Positions 49,102 to 58,349 of a stretch of DNA of 64,000 nt are shown in pieces. Location: the NCBI GenBank assembly GCA_048270185.1, contig JBLWTJ010000001.1:928001-992000 (forward strand), given 5' to 3'. The number at the start of each line of letters is the position of its first letter. Positions within the stretch are counted from its first letter, which is position 1. This DNA is from Bacteriovoracaceae bacterium. GTDB taxonomy: Bacteria; Bdellovibrionota; Bacteriovoracia; Bacteriovoracales; Bacteriovoracaceae. Under the pieces are notes generated by a model, which saw only the letters and a list, made by a program, of their open reading frames with translations, did not search any database and had not been told where the DNA came from. The position numbers and the translations under genes were made by a program.

Positions 49102-50157
49102 TTACTTCCATTCAAGCAGAATACTCTGGGCCATAAAGCCAGGGCCAAAGGCCAGCATATAACCAGTTTGTCCCTTTTTTATTTCACGCTCACGATTTAC
49201 TTTCTCAAAGATATGCATAATGGTCGCACTCGACATATTTCCATGATTTTCTAGCACCCACTTTGATTCTGAAATATCCTTTTGGAAGTCAGAGATATAG
49301 GCCTCAACCATTTGAATGATCTTCTTTCCACCTGGGTGAAACATATAATTATCAATATCCGCTACCCCGTAACCATTGCGTTTTAGAAATGGCAGGAAAA
49401 TATCTTCAAAGTTTCCTTCAATGGCACTTGGAACATCCTTATCAAGAATAATTTTTAGCCCTGAGTTTGTGAGGTTAAATCCCATCAGATACTCACCGCC
49501 TGCAAAGTGATACATATCAGTATCAACAATATGAGCACCATCTCCTTCTCCACCTTTTAAGATGGCACAAGCAAAGCCGTCGGAGAAGATGGCCGTCGAA
49601 ACAAGGTTGGAAGCATCAAGATCATTTAATTGAAAAGTGATACTTGGAATCTCAAGAGTTAAGATGGCACAAGTCTTATCAGGGTTGGCCTTTAAAAATT
49701 GATCGGCGTAGATTAAGGCCGATGTTCCACCAGCACATCCCATTTCAGTAACAGGAAGTCTTATGATATCACCACGAAGACCAAGCTCATCGACTAAGTA
49801 GGCATCAACAGATGGAATCATGAAACCAGTACAACTTGTTGTGATAATGAAATCTAATTGCTCTGGTTTAGTCCCCGAATTCTTGAGTGCCCTCTCCAAC
49901 ACACGCTTGCCATAGCGAACCATTTCTTTCTTATAAATATTATTTTTTTCCTCAAAGCTTAAATCTGAAAAAACGGTCTCCAGATCAACAACAGAACATC
50001 GTTCATCGATCTTGGCTCCCTTAAAGATTTTCAAGGCCTTGCGTCTGGTTAGCTCATCGACTTTTGAAAGCCATAGGCGATCAGCAACCGCGATTATTTC
50101 ATCAGTTGTGTAAGTGTTGTCGGGTTTACAAATTTCCGTATGTACGATTCGTGTCAT
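49102..50157 (-). CDS. Type III polyketide synthase (chalcone/stilbene synthase family)
   Basis: TSCTG, EMGCAGG (Cys), HPGG (His), GNMSSAT (Asn), AFGPG. Confidence 0.93.
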   Translation of the reverse strand: MTRIVHTEICKPDNTYTTDEIIAVADRLWLSKVDELTRRKALKIFKGAKIDERCSVVDLETVFSDLSFEEKNNIYKKEMVRYGKRVLERALKNSGTKPEQLDFIITTSCTGFMIPSVDAYLVDELGLRGDIIRLPVTEMGCAGGTSALIYADQFLKANPDKTCAILTLEIPSITFQLNDLDASNLVSTAIFSDGFACAILKGGEGDGAHIVDTDMYHFAGGEYLMGFNLTNSGLKIILDKDVPSAIEGNFEDIFLPFLKRNGYGVADIDNYMFHPGGKKIIQMVEAYISDFQKDISESKWVLENHGNMSSATIMHIFEKVNREREIKKGQTGYMLAFGPGFMAQSILLEWK

Positions 50158-50208
50158 GCTGTCCTCCTAGCACTACTAATTCTCGTCCAAACAGGTAAAA
50201 TTAGTAAC

Positions 50209-50281
50209 TGGACTTAGGTCCTAATTCGAAATAAACTAAATAATATTAGATAGTTATATTACCATATAGGACTTAAGTACA
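50209..50281. promoter_or_regulatory. Pair of near-palindromic candidate operators (GGACTTARGT) in the PKS/LuxR divergent region
   Basis: tggacttaggtccta (50209-50223) and taggacttaagtaca (50267-50281) match each other's reverse complement at 13 of 15 positions. Confidence 0.55.
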
Positions 50282-50800
50282 ATGCAATCTCTAAGTAAAA
50301 AAGAACGCCTAATAAGCGGCCTTCTCTTTCTATCCATCTCGATCTTTCTCATCTTTGATATCTACGAAGATATTTCAGAGGGAGCAAGTCTTGAACATGT
50401 CACGGAAGAGTCCATCATCATGGTTCTAGGCTTTATCGGAGTTGCAACACTATGGTTTAAGTGGCTATTTACAAAAAAAGAAAACTTAAGATTTAATTCA
50501 GATACAAAGAAATTAAAAAAGGATCTCGCTGAATATAAGGCAAAGACCAAGGAATTATCTCAAGGTCTTTCAGAGAAGATCATGATCCAATTTAATGATT
50601 GGCAATTAACTAAATCTGAAAAGGATATTGCACTCCTACTTCTTAAAGGCCTAAGTATTAGAGAAATATCTGAAATCCGTGCCACTTCGGAAAAAACTAT
50701 TAAACTCCACTGTACACACCTTTACCAAAAATCAAACCTAAGTGGACGCGCTGATCTGTCGGCCTTCTTCTTGGAAGATATCTTAATTATTCATGAATAA
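50282..50800 (+). CDS. Membrane-anchored LuxR-family HTH regulator
   Basis: Two N-terminal TM helices, coiled coil, LTKSEKDIALLLLKGLS..EIS..R.TSEKTIK.H...LYQK. Confidence 0.88.
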   Translation: MQSLSKKERLISGLLFLSISIFLIFDIYEDISEGASLEHVTEESIIMVLGFIGVATLWFKWLFTKKENLRFNSDTKKLKKDLAEYKAKTKELSQGLSEKIMIQFNDWQLTKSEKDIALLLLKGLSIREISEIRATSEKTIKLHCTHLYQKSNLSGRADLSAFFLEDILIIHE

Positions 50801-50802
50801 GC

Positions 50803-50830
50803 AAGGCCCTAATAAATAGGGCCTTCTTTA
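50803..50830. terminator. Bidirectional terminator
   Basis: aaggcccta-ataaa-tagggcctt between convergent genes. Confidence 0.75.
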
Positions 50831-51340
50831 TTAATGATTATCCTTCTTATCTCCACTACTCTTTCTTTCACTATCACTAAATAACTTCACAAAATTATCA
50901 CTCGCATCCTTCACTTCAATTTTCTTACTTTTACTTGTAGCAGACTTTGGAAGGGCCAAGTAAAGGATACCATCTTGAAGTTGGGCCTGAACTTCATCTT
51001 TTTTAATAGTCGCTGGAACACTTAAACGACGTGAAAAAGTTTGAGTTTCTCCCCCTCCATTTTCAAATAAGGTCTTACGCTCACCCTTAATTGAAACAAC
51101 ACCATCATCAACTTCAATAGTCATATCCTCTTTCTTTACACCTGGCATATCAACACTTAATAAGTAAGCAGAATCAGTTTCCTTGATATTACCAAATTCA
51201 TTTTGACTGGCCGTACGCCCTTGCCAAATATCTTCGAGACCTTCAATCATATTATGAAACTCTTGATCAAAGAGACTCGTATTCAAAAGGCCATTGGTAA
51301 AAGGTGAACGATTTCTTGCGACCATAGATCTGCGACTCAT
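50831..51340 (-). CDS. Hsp20/alpha-crystallin family small heat-shock protein
   Basis: ETDSAY...DMPGVKKED, F.R...P, AQLQDGIL...LPK. Confidence 0.9.
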   Translation of the reverse strand: MSRRSMVARNRSPFTNGLLNTSLFDQEFHNMIEGLEDIWQGRTASQNEFGNIKETDSAYLLSVDMPGVKKEDMTIEVDDGVVSIKGERKTLFENGGGETQTFSRRLSVPATIKKDEVQAQLQDGILYLALPKSATSKSKKIEVKDASDNFVKLFSDSERKSSGDKKDNH

Positions 51341-51442
51341 AAAAACACTCCTTATTAGGTTGATAGATTATTTGCATATTAACACCGCGCTCCATTCGAA
51401 TAAAGTTAAGACTTTCTCAAAAGATTGCCCTAGAATTTATCT

Positions 51443-51658
51443 ATGATTGAAATGAATAAAGAGCATCTTTTAAAATTTGTGCAAGTGCGAATGCCTTTTG
51501 GGAAGTATCAAGGAAGACTTTTAATCGACCTCCCTGATGAGTACTTAGTGTGGTTTTCTAATAAGGGGTTTCCAAAAGGAGAGCTTGGTAAACTCTTAGA
51601 AGAGCTGGCCGAGATAAAGCTCAATGGACTTGAGTACTTGTTCAAAGATTTACGTTAA
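51443..51658 (+). CDS. DUF3820 family protein
   Basis: MPFGKYQGRLLIDLPDEYLVWFSNKGFPKGELG..L..IKLNGLE. Confidence 0.88.
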   Translation: MIEMNKEHLLKFVQVRMPFGKYQGRLLIDLPDEYLVWFSNKGFPKGELGKLLEELAEIKLNGLEYLFKDLR

Positions 51659-51668
51659 TCAATGCATA

Positions 51669-52133
51669 TCATAAGAGATATTTATCATAGAGAATTTTGC
51701 TCCAGAAGGCGAAACCAATACTATTAAGAATTAGAATGAGAATAATCCTTGTGAATTTTAACTTTTCACGATGAGTGACCGCTAAGATGAGCTTATAGAT
51801 TGACAGAATATTCAGAACAAGTGGAACAACTAACATACCAAAGATAGCAAGTCTTAGAGAATCATGAAGATAATCAACTTCCCTTTTTGATTCTGTTATT
51901 TTCGTGTGATCAATGACTTCAATATCATGCTTTTCCAGTAAGAATTTTGCATCGATAAAGTAGAGCTCTTCTACGAATATAGTATACTCATTGGCCGATG
52001 AAGCATTAAGGTAAATATGATTATTTAAAAGGCTACTCGATACCTCTGATTTAAAACCAGATTCATCGAGTAGATTTCTAATATGATCAGCATCTTCTTT
52101 GATTAGTGTGGTGTAAATTGCTTTTCTTTTCAT
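51669..52133 (-). CDS. Hypothetical membrane protein (N-terminal soluble domain, two C-terminal TM helices)
   Basis: ATG at 52133 directly follows the stop of the 1012-aa gene. Confidence 0.55.
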   Translation of the reverse strand: MKRKAIYTTLIKEDADHIRNLLDESGFKSEVSSSLLNNHIYLNASSANEYTIFVEELYFIDAKFLLEKHDIEVIDHTKITESKREVDYLHDSLRLAIFGMLVVPLVLNILSIYKLILAVTHREKLKFTRIILILILNSIGFAFWSKILYDKYLL

Positions 52134-52134
52134 T

Positions 52135-55100
52135 TTAATTTGCAATTAATCCTTTGATCGCTTCAGCACAACTACTTGTTCTCTTTAAACGTGGAAGTCC
52201 AGAGTAATTAGGGTTAACTGTCGCACGATTAATCTCACCTTGCTTTGCCGACTCTATTCTTAGCTCTTGAAATTCTAATGCTTCATCATAGATTGGTCCA
52301 GTATAAGCACGACCTTCTGAAGTAATAGCAGAGTTCTTTCCACGAGGAGAGACAGCACTTCCCCAGTTATGAAAGATTGGATTAATTTTTAATTGATCCT
52401 TTAGAGGTCGATAGAATCTCGTTTGTGTGTAATTTTGTACATTTGAAATTGCTTCACCTGCCATTGGACGATATTCACGCATCTCAAGTCCTAGGTCACT
52501 TGTCATCTTTTCAAGATCTTCAAATAACTTCTTTGGATTTCTCATATACTCTTCATGGGTTACACTTTGTAGCTCACCTGAGATTTCATCGGTACGATTT
52601 AATGCCTTATCTAGAATTGCACGGAATAACTTCATTTGAAGAGCACTCTCATAAGCATCACGAGGAGCATTCATGAGCCTTACTTCACCCTTTCTAATTT
52701 TTGGATTCACTCTAAATGCTGGTCTCCATTCTACCTTTGGATTTGAGATATCAAAGTCATCACTAATGAATTGTTCTGGAATAACATCTTGGAAGTAAGC
52801 CGAGACATCAAGGTGTGTATAACGGGCCTTACGTCCTACTCGCTTATTAAAATAGCCTTCATTATAAAGTGCCTTCTTAAGCTCAGTTTCAGTTCCCGTC
52901 CAATTAGCAAGTTGTCTTGCAAAGTCTTCGCTAATATTGACCGCTTCAGCACTTTTGACACGATTTAGGTCTTGAAACATAAAGGCAATCACTGAACGAT
53001 ACTCGTGAAAAGTTGCCAGAAAGCGTGCAAACTCTGTTGGCTTACCTTCAAATATTGAAAGATCGATATTTAAGTGACCACCACCGGCCTTAATATAAGG
53101 TAGGGCATTATTCTTTTGAAATGTATCAAAGACGGCCTGCATCTCACTCATATTTGGTTCAAACTTAGGTGTGACAACTTCGATTGAACCAGCACGAACT
53201 GACTCAACAATAACATCACCACTTGGTGTATAGTTACGTCCGATACCATCCCATTCAACTCGCCATGAGCGATTCTTTGAATCTTTAATCTTATAGGCAA
53301 TATCAAGGCCGTGACCATGGCCATCTTCCATTAGGCGTTCTGGCTCACCTTCACCACCAAGCTTATCTCTTAAGTCTGCGGCAAGCTTTTTAATATAGGC
53401 TTCCTTTTCATCAACTGGCATATCAACTCGTGACTGAAGCCATGACATTTTTCCATCTATTAGCCTTTCTGTTGTATAAGTTCCATCTGCTTCTTGGGCC
53501 ATTGTGTAATCCCCTTGAAACTTTAATGGAAATTTTGCTGAGTACTCGATCCCAAGGTCAATCTTATTAACATCGTGGAGCATATTTGTCCCAGGCTTAA
53601 ATTTGTGAAAGTTTTCAGTGTCTGCAAATTTTCTAACAGGCATCATATACTTCTTCACATCTTCGGCGATATGAGAGCTGGCAACCCAATCTCTTTGTAG
53701 AGCGATGACAGCTCGTTGAAGTGACTTCGGATTTGTCTGTCTAAGACTTGCAACATCTTCAAGGTAATTCTTTGTTAAATCTTTTAAAAGCAGACTCTTT
53801 GTCTTTCCAATCATCGGATTAGCATCATACCAATTCCAAAGAGGAACATGGTAGCCATCGATTCCGGCCTTATTAAGTTTTTCAGCGGCCTTCTTAGCTT
53901 TTGCTTTGGTTAGGCCAAATCTCTCCTGCAAACCTTCTGGAGTAATATATCTTGTGATATCATCATCAATAAGTGACCAATCATTTACTTTAGCAAGTCC
54001 TTCAAAATCACCACGAGAAAAACGTGAGGCCATTGAAGTTTGAATAAAACGCGCAACACGAGAGTTCTTTGTCCCTGAGCGAAACTCAATGGAAATGGAG
54101 TCATTCATAAATCGTCCTTCGTAGTCAATTCTTAAAGGACCACGATCACTCTCTTCGCCATTTACAATCCCTTCAAAGATCTGCCAATCATCAAGGACCC
54201 ACTTATAGTCGGCCGTCTCAATACCTGATCGACCTGCAATCCCCTCAAGAACAATTAACGCTTGGGCGGCTTTTGTCATCTCAGCAGCTTTAGGTAGGTT
54301 GAATTTTTCACCAACAGGAACAACCATACGCTGGTGACCTGGTGCTTGGAATAACTCACCTCCACGGCCCATCGTCTTTTTAAACCATGCAATCATCTCT
54401 TGAAATTCACCGTAAGTTTTTTGAGGAGCAAACTTAACTTCCCATCCAACTGATGTGCTTTCAATTTCTTCCATATACTTTTCAGGGGCACCAATATTTG
54501 GAACCATTCGGTAAAAGTCTGTCGACTCTTCTGTCAGAGTTGAGAACTCTCCTTTATAGAATTTTCTTCTTGTATTTGGAGTTAGGTAACTAAAAGGACT
54601 ATTATTTGTTTTTGAACACCACTCACTCCATTTTGTTTCAAGTTCTTCAAGTGTTGCACTAGCTGGATCAAAACCTTCAAGGAAGCTAATATCCATGGCC
54701 TTATTCTTACCCTGCCAATCAAATAATTCGTGGGCAGGATCAAAGCGATTTCCCTCACTATCAATCCATACTCGAAGAGATGAGCCACCTTTTGAATTTG
54801 TCCATCCTTCAAAGAAATCTTTTAAGAAAACTTTCTTCTCGTCTTCATCAAGATACTCAATGGCATCTTCAAAAGTTGAAGCATCAGGTCCAAAGATTCG
54901 TGTGACATAAGAAGATGAACCTTCTTTCTCACCACCCCAAGTAATGGAGCGTCTTCCTGAGCCTAAGACTTGGGTGGCCTTGGCATTAAAGCCAACGGAA
55001 GCTTCCATCATTTCGCCCCAAACTTCATAAGCTGTCTTTGGAGGTGTCGAAGCAGGAAGCCTAAAATCAATATTGAGATCAGGAAAGTCATGATTTACAA

Positions 55101-55173
55101 AGTAGACCTGCGGAAAGACCCCAAGAAGAAGTGAAAGGATGAGAATTAAAGATGGCCGCTTAAAAAAATTCAT
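52135..55173 (-). CDS. Large exported protein with putative amidoligase (COOH-NH2 ligase) domain(s)
   Basis: N-terminal signal/anchor; C-half LGIEY, WRVEWDG, IEVVTP, GGHLNI, RY..LD, GEVRL; N-half GWEV..P, GH, SIEFR. Confidence 0.55.
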   Translation of the reverse strand: MNFFKRPSLILILSLLLGVFPQVYFVNHDFPDLNIDFRLPASTPPKTAYEVWGEMMEASVGFNAKATQVLGSGRRSITWGGEKEGSSSYVTRIFGPDASTFEDAIEYLDEDEKKVFLKDFFEGWTNSKGGSSLRVWIDSEGNRFDPAHELFDWQGKNKAMDISFLEGFDPASATLEELETKWSEWCSKTNNSPFSYLTPNTRRKFYKGEFSTLTEESTDFYRMVPNIGAPEKYMEEIESTSVGWEVKFAPQKTYGEFQEMIAWFKKTMGRGGELFQAPGHQRMVVPVGEKFNLPKAAEMTKAAQALIVLEGIAGRSGIETADYKWVLDDWQIFEGIVNGEESDRGPLRIDYEGRFMNDSISIEFRSGTKNSRVARFIQTSMASRFSRGDFEGLAKVNDWSLIDDDITRYITPEGLQERFGLTKAKAKKAAEKLNKAGIDGYHVPLWNWYDANPMIGKTKSLLLKDLTKNYLEDVASLRQTNPKSLQRAVIALQRDWVASSHIAEDVKKYMMPVRKFADTENFHKFKPGTNMLHDVNKIDLGIEYSAKFPLKFQGDYTMAQEADGTYTTERLIDGKMSWLQSRVDMPVDEKEAYIKKLAADLRDKLGGEGEPERLMEDGHGHGLDIAYKIKDSKNRSWRVEWDGIGRNYTPSGDVIVESVRAGSIEVVTPKFEPNMSEMQAVFDTFQKNNALPYIKAGGGHLNIDLSIFEGKPTEFARFLATFHEYRSVIAFMFQDLNRVKSAEAVNISEDFARQLANWTGTETELKKALYNEGYFNKRVGRKARYTHLDVSAYFQDVIPEQFISDDFDISNPKVEWRPAFRVNPKIRKGEVRLMNAPRDAYESALQMKLFRAILDKALNRTDEISGELQSVTHEEYMRNPKKLFEDLEKMTSDLGLEMREYRPMAGEAISNVQNYTQTRFYRPLKDQLKINPIFHNWGSAVSPRGKNSAITSEGRAYTGPIYDEALEFQELRIESAKQGEINRATVNPNYSGLPRLKRTSSCAEAIKGLIAN

Positions 55174-55211
55174 ATGAATTTCCCCAATTAAATTAATAAA
55201 TATTCAAAATC

Positions 55212-55238
55212 TCATCGGTTTTCACTCATAATTCTTGA
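55212..55238 (-). promoter_or_regulatory. Sigma28 (FliA)-like promoter of the 1012-aa gene
   Basis: Minus strand TCAAGAAT-N11-ACCGATGA versus consensus TAAAGTTT-N11-GCCGATAA. Confidence 0.55.
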
Positions 55239-55423
55239 CTAAAACACTTTAAAAACTAGTAATTTCAAATAGTTGGTGATTTGCTTATACGAGATTAACT
55301 CGTCTATAATGGCCCGATGAAAAATAAGCGCCCATTAAACTACACAAGAATTGCCTTTAAATTCGCCCTCTTAATCCTATCCATCTATATCTGGTTTGCG
55401 ATCTATCAAGGGATGACAGGTAA

Positions 55424-56086
55424 ATGAAAATAGTAATGACACTACTCTTTTCATCTTTGATTTTTGCAATTAACCCAGGCCACTGCCTGACGGATTATTC
55501 TTCAAAGCGCTATATTCAAAATGATTTCTCGGCCCCTTACCCAAAGGAAGTCATCTTTTCGTGTAAGTATGAATGTGAGAACTTTGATGGAGTTAAATCT
55601 CAGATGACGGGCATAAGTACTATCGTCGTCAATTCACTAAGGGACGATGCCTACCGAGTCGTTTGCCAAGGAGTCAAAGTAAAGAAGACTTCGTGGGGTT
55701 ATGACTACGACAGTACAAATGAGTTCTATGCCCATGACACAAGAATCCCAGAAGTTAAAGAATGGGCCAATGATGAATTACCAATTTATAATTTAATCTC
55801 AGAAAAATATCTTAAAGAATTTGCTTCAAAGATAAGTAACGTTGCTCAAAGCTATCTTATGGCAGCTCAATCGCAATCTCCTTATGCTAAAGACTTTGAA
55901 AAGGCCGGACAAGTTTTAGAGAGAATCTCTAAAGAGCTTCCAGCTAATAAGAAAACTTTTGAAGAGTATCGATTAGTTTTAGAAGATTTAAATGCACAAA
56001 CAGGAAAGGACTTAACAGCACAGAAGTTAATCCTAGACCAAATTCTCTACGGAGCACCTTGGTCGCTTTCTGTGCTGTTAAAATAG
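55424..56086 (+). CDS. Secreted hypothetical protein (four N-terminal Cys)
   Basis: Signal peptide; HCLTD..SCKYEC..VCQG. Confidence 0.6.
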   Translation: MKIVMTLLFSSLIFAINPGHCLTDYSSKRYIQNDFSAPYPKEVIFSCKYECENFDGVKSQMTGISTIVVNSLRDDAYRVVCQGVKVKKTSWGYDYDSTNEFYAHDTRIPEVKEWANDELPIYNLISEKYLKEFASKISNVAQSYLMAAQSQSPYAKDFEKAGQVLERISKELPANKKTFEEYRLVLEDLNAQTGKDLTAQKLILDQILYGAPWSLSVLLK

Positions 56087-56088
56087 AC

Positions 56089-56835
56089 CTAGTCGCGACT
56101 TCTAAGTTTAGATAGAAGTCTTAGCATTTCAATATATAGCCATACCAATGTCACCATTAGGCCAAAGGCACTATACCATTCCATATACTTTGGAGCACCT
56201 GACTGTACACCTCTTTCCACGAAGTCAAAATCAAGGATTAAGTTAAAAGCCGCAATACAAACAACCACTAAACTAAAACCTATCCCAACAGGACCATTCC
56301 CATGAATAAGAGGAATCTGAGCTCCAAAGAAGCTCATGATAAAACCAACTAAGTAAACAACGGCAATAGAAATCGTTGCAGTTATAATAATCTTTCTAAA
56401 AGTACCCGTCGCACGAATAAGGCCCCAGCGGTATAAGAAGAATAAAGTAATGAAAGCAGCAAAAGTCATTGTCACAGCATTAAAAACAAGACCCTTAAAC
56501 TGATACTCATACATGGCAGATATTGAACCAAGAAGTAAACCTTCAAGTAAGGCATAGATTGGGGCCGTTACAGGTGACCACTGAGGCTTAAATGCCGTGA
56601 TAATAGCAAAGATAAAGCCACCAATTCCGCCGATCATAGGCCATGCTGACATTTGATTCATCATACCACTCTCTAAAACCCCAAGAGTTGCATTCCATGT
56701 ATAGATGAACGTCATCATCATAAGTGCAAAGAGAATCATCCCTTTGTTGAAAACTCCTGCAAAACTCATTCGTTCAGCAGTCATTGATTGAGTATTAAAA
56801 ATGTCTTTTCCCAAGACAGGATTAGAAGATCGCAT
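56089..56835 (-). CDS. Bax inhibitor-1/YccA family membrane protein
   Basis: MRSSNPVL, YALLEGL.LG.IS, LILDFD, APKYMEWY.AFGLMVTLVWLYIE.LRLL. Confidence 0.92.
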   Translation of the reverse strand: MRSSNPVLGKDIFNTQSMTAERMSFAGVFNKGMILFALMMMTFIYTWNATLGVLESGMMNQMSAWPMIGGIGGFIFAIITAFKPQWSPVTAPIYALLEGLLLGSISAMYEYQFKGLVFNAVTMTFAAFITLFFLYRWGLIRATGTFRKIIITATISIAVVYLVGFIMSFFGAQIPLIHGNGPVGIGFSLVVVCIAAFNLILDFDFVERGVQSGAPKYMEWYSAFGLMVTLVWLYIEMLRLLSKLRSRD

Positions 56836-56877
56836 ATAAACTCCGTTTTATGTTTTCTTCTATTCTAGCAAATAACT

Positions 56878-58209
56878 CTAAGAAAGTAGTGATTTTTTAA
56901 AATTTAACGTGAATTGTGTACCATGATTATCAGGATTATCTTCTTTTGTTCGAGAAGTAACGGCTATCGTTCCATGACATAGTTCCACAAAGCTTTTGAC
57001 GATGGCCATTCCAAATCCAGTCCCTTTCTCACCTTCAGTTCCGGTACGAGATGAATAGTAATTACTATCGAAAAGTAAATTGGCAAGTTTCTCATCCATC
57101 CCAATTCCTTCATCAACGAGATGGATTTGAACACCTTCTTTAGTTTCTCTAGCCTCAATTTTTATCGTTCGTCCATGGTCAGAGAATTTAATGGCATTTG
57201 ACAGTAAATTCCCAAAGATTTGATACTGGAGGGCCGTGAGATTCCCCATAAAATAGATATCTTTATTTAATTCAAAATCGTACTCGAGACTTATTTCTTT
57301 AATAGTAAGGTTTGGTTCAAAGAAACGTGATAGATGTTCAACTACTTCATTTAAATAAATTTTTTCAAAACTTAGTTCAACTTTTCCTTGCTTGATGGCC
57401 TGGATCTCACGAATTTGCTTTAGGATATTACTCATCCCCTCAGTATTAACCTCAAGACGTTTTAAAGCTTTACTAACTCTCTCATCTTCGTGATCTTTTA
57501 ATATCTTTTTAAGTTTGTGAGTTGATAGATTAACAATAGTTAATGGGTTACTAATATCGTGACCTACGAGAGTTAAAAGTGCATCGATTTGCTCTCTTTT
57601 TTGAACAATAGTTTTATAGAAATTTTCACGATCAATAATATAGGCCAGCATGAAGACTGAGTTTAATATAATCAATCCAACCATAATAAAGATCTTACCT
57701 AAAGCGTAGCCATCACTCGAGATCTCTACAGGAAATCTAATCCCCATTTGATACGTGATATAGAAGAAAGCGGCACCGATAATTGATGTCGAGAACCAAA
57801 TTAATAATTCTTTCTTTCCCCCAACAACCCCAGCAATAAGAGGTAGAACTGCAAACCAAAGAGCGATATATCCTTCAAAGCCACCAGTATAAACTCCCCA
57901 AGTAAATTGGTGAATAAAGCCTGCCGCGAGAAAAACATTTAAACTTAAAGAAATTGATCCAAAGAAGTAATAAAGGAGCAAGCTTGACAGATGAATGATC
58001 GACATAGAAAAGGCAATCGTATGCCAAAGAGTATTAGTACTATAAAGATATGGAGTAATTGCATAACACCACATCAGAATACCAGTTAAGAAAACGACAA
58101 AGACAAGTAAGGCCAATTGTGATCTTTCATGTTCATCTCTACACTCATGTCGCTTAGAGAGAAAATTCAGAATGTCATTGTAGAATTTCATATTTATTGT
58201 TTTTATCAT
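56878..58209 (-). CDS. Orphan multi-TM sensor histidine kinase
   Basis: About 6 TM helices; GHDISNPL H-box, NLLSNAIKFS, DEGIGM, GEKGTGFGM. Confidence 0.9.
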   Translation of the reverse strand: MIKTINMKFYNDILNFLSKRHECRDEHERSQLALLVFVVFLTGILMWCYAITPYLYSTNTLWHTIAFSMSIIHLSSLLLYYFFGSISLSLNVFLAAGFIHQFTWGVYTGGFEGYIALWFAVLPLIAGVVGGKKELLIWFSTSIIGAAFFYITYQMGIRFPVEISSDGYALGKIFIMVGLIILNSVFMLAYIIDRENFYKTIVQKREQIDALLTLVGHDISNPLTIVNLSTHKLKKILKDHEDERVSKALKRLEVNTEGMSNILKQIREIQAIKQGKVELSFEKIYLNEVVEHLSRFFEPNLTIKEISLEYDFELNKDIYFMGNLTALQYQIFGNLLSNAIKFSDHGRTIKIEARETKEGVQIHLVDEGIGMDEKLANLLFDSNYYSSRTGTEGEKGTGFGMAIVKSFVELCHGTIAVTSRTKEDNPDNHGTQFTLNFKKSLLS

Positions 58210-58349
58210 AATCCAAACTTTTCATTGAGGCACTTTTTTGGCCAAGTGATAAGAGTGCTAAATTATTATACTCTTATTGTTATTTTTTAATCTTTAAGTT
58301 ACTAAGACTTGGAAGATTTTTTAAAATTAGCCAGTTTTTAGAGGCATAT

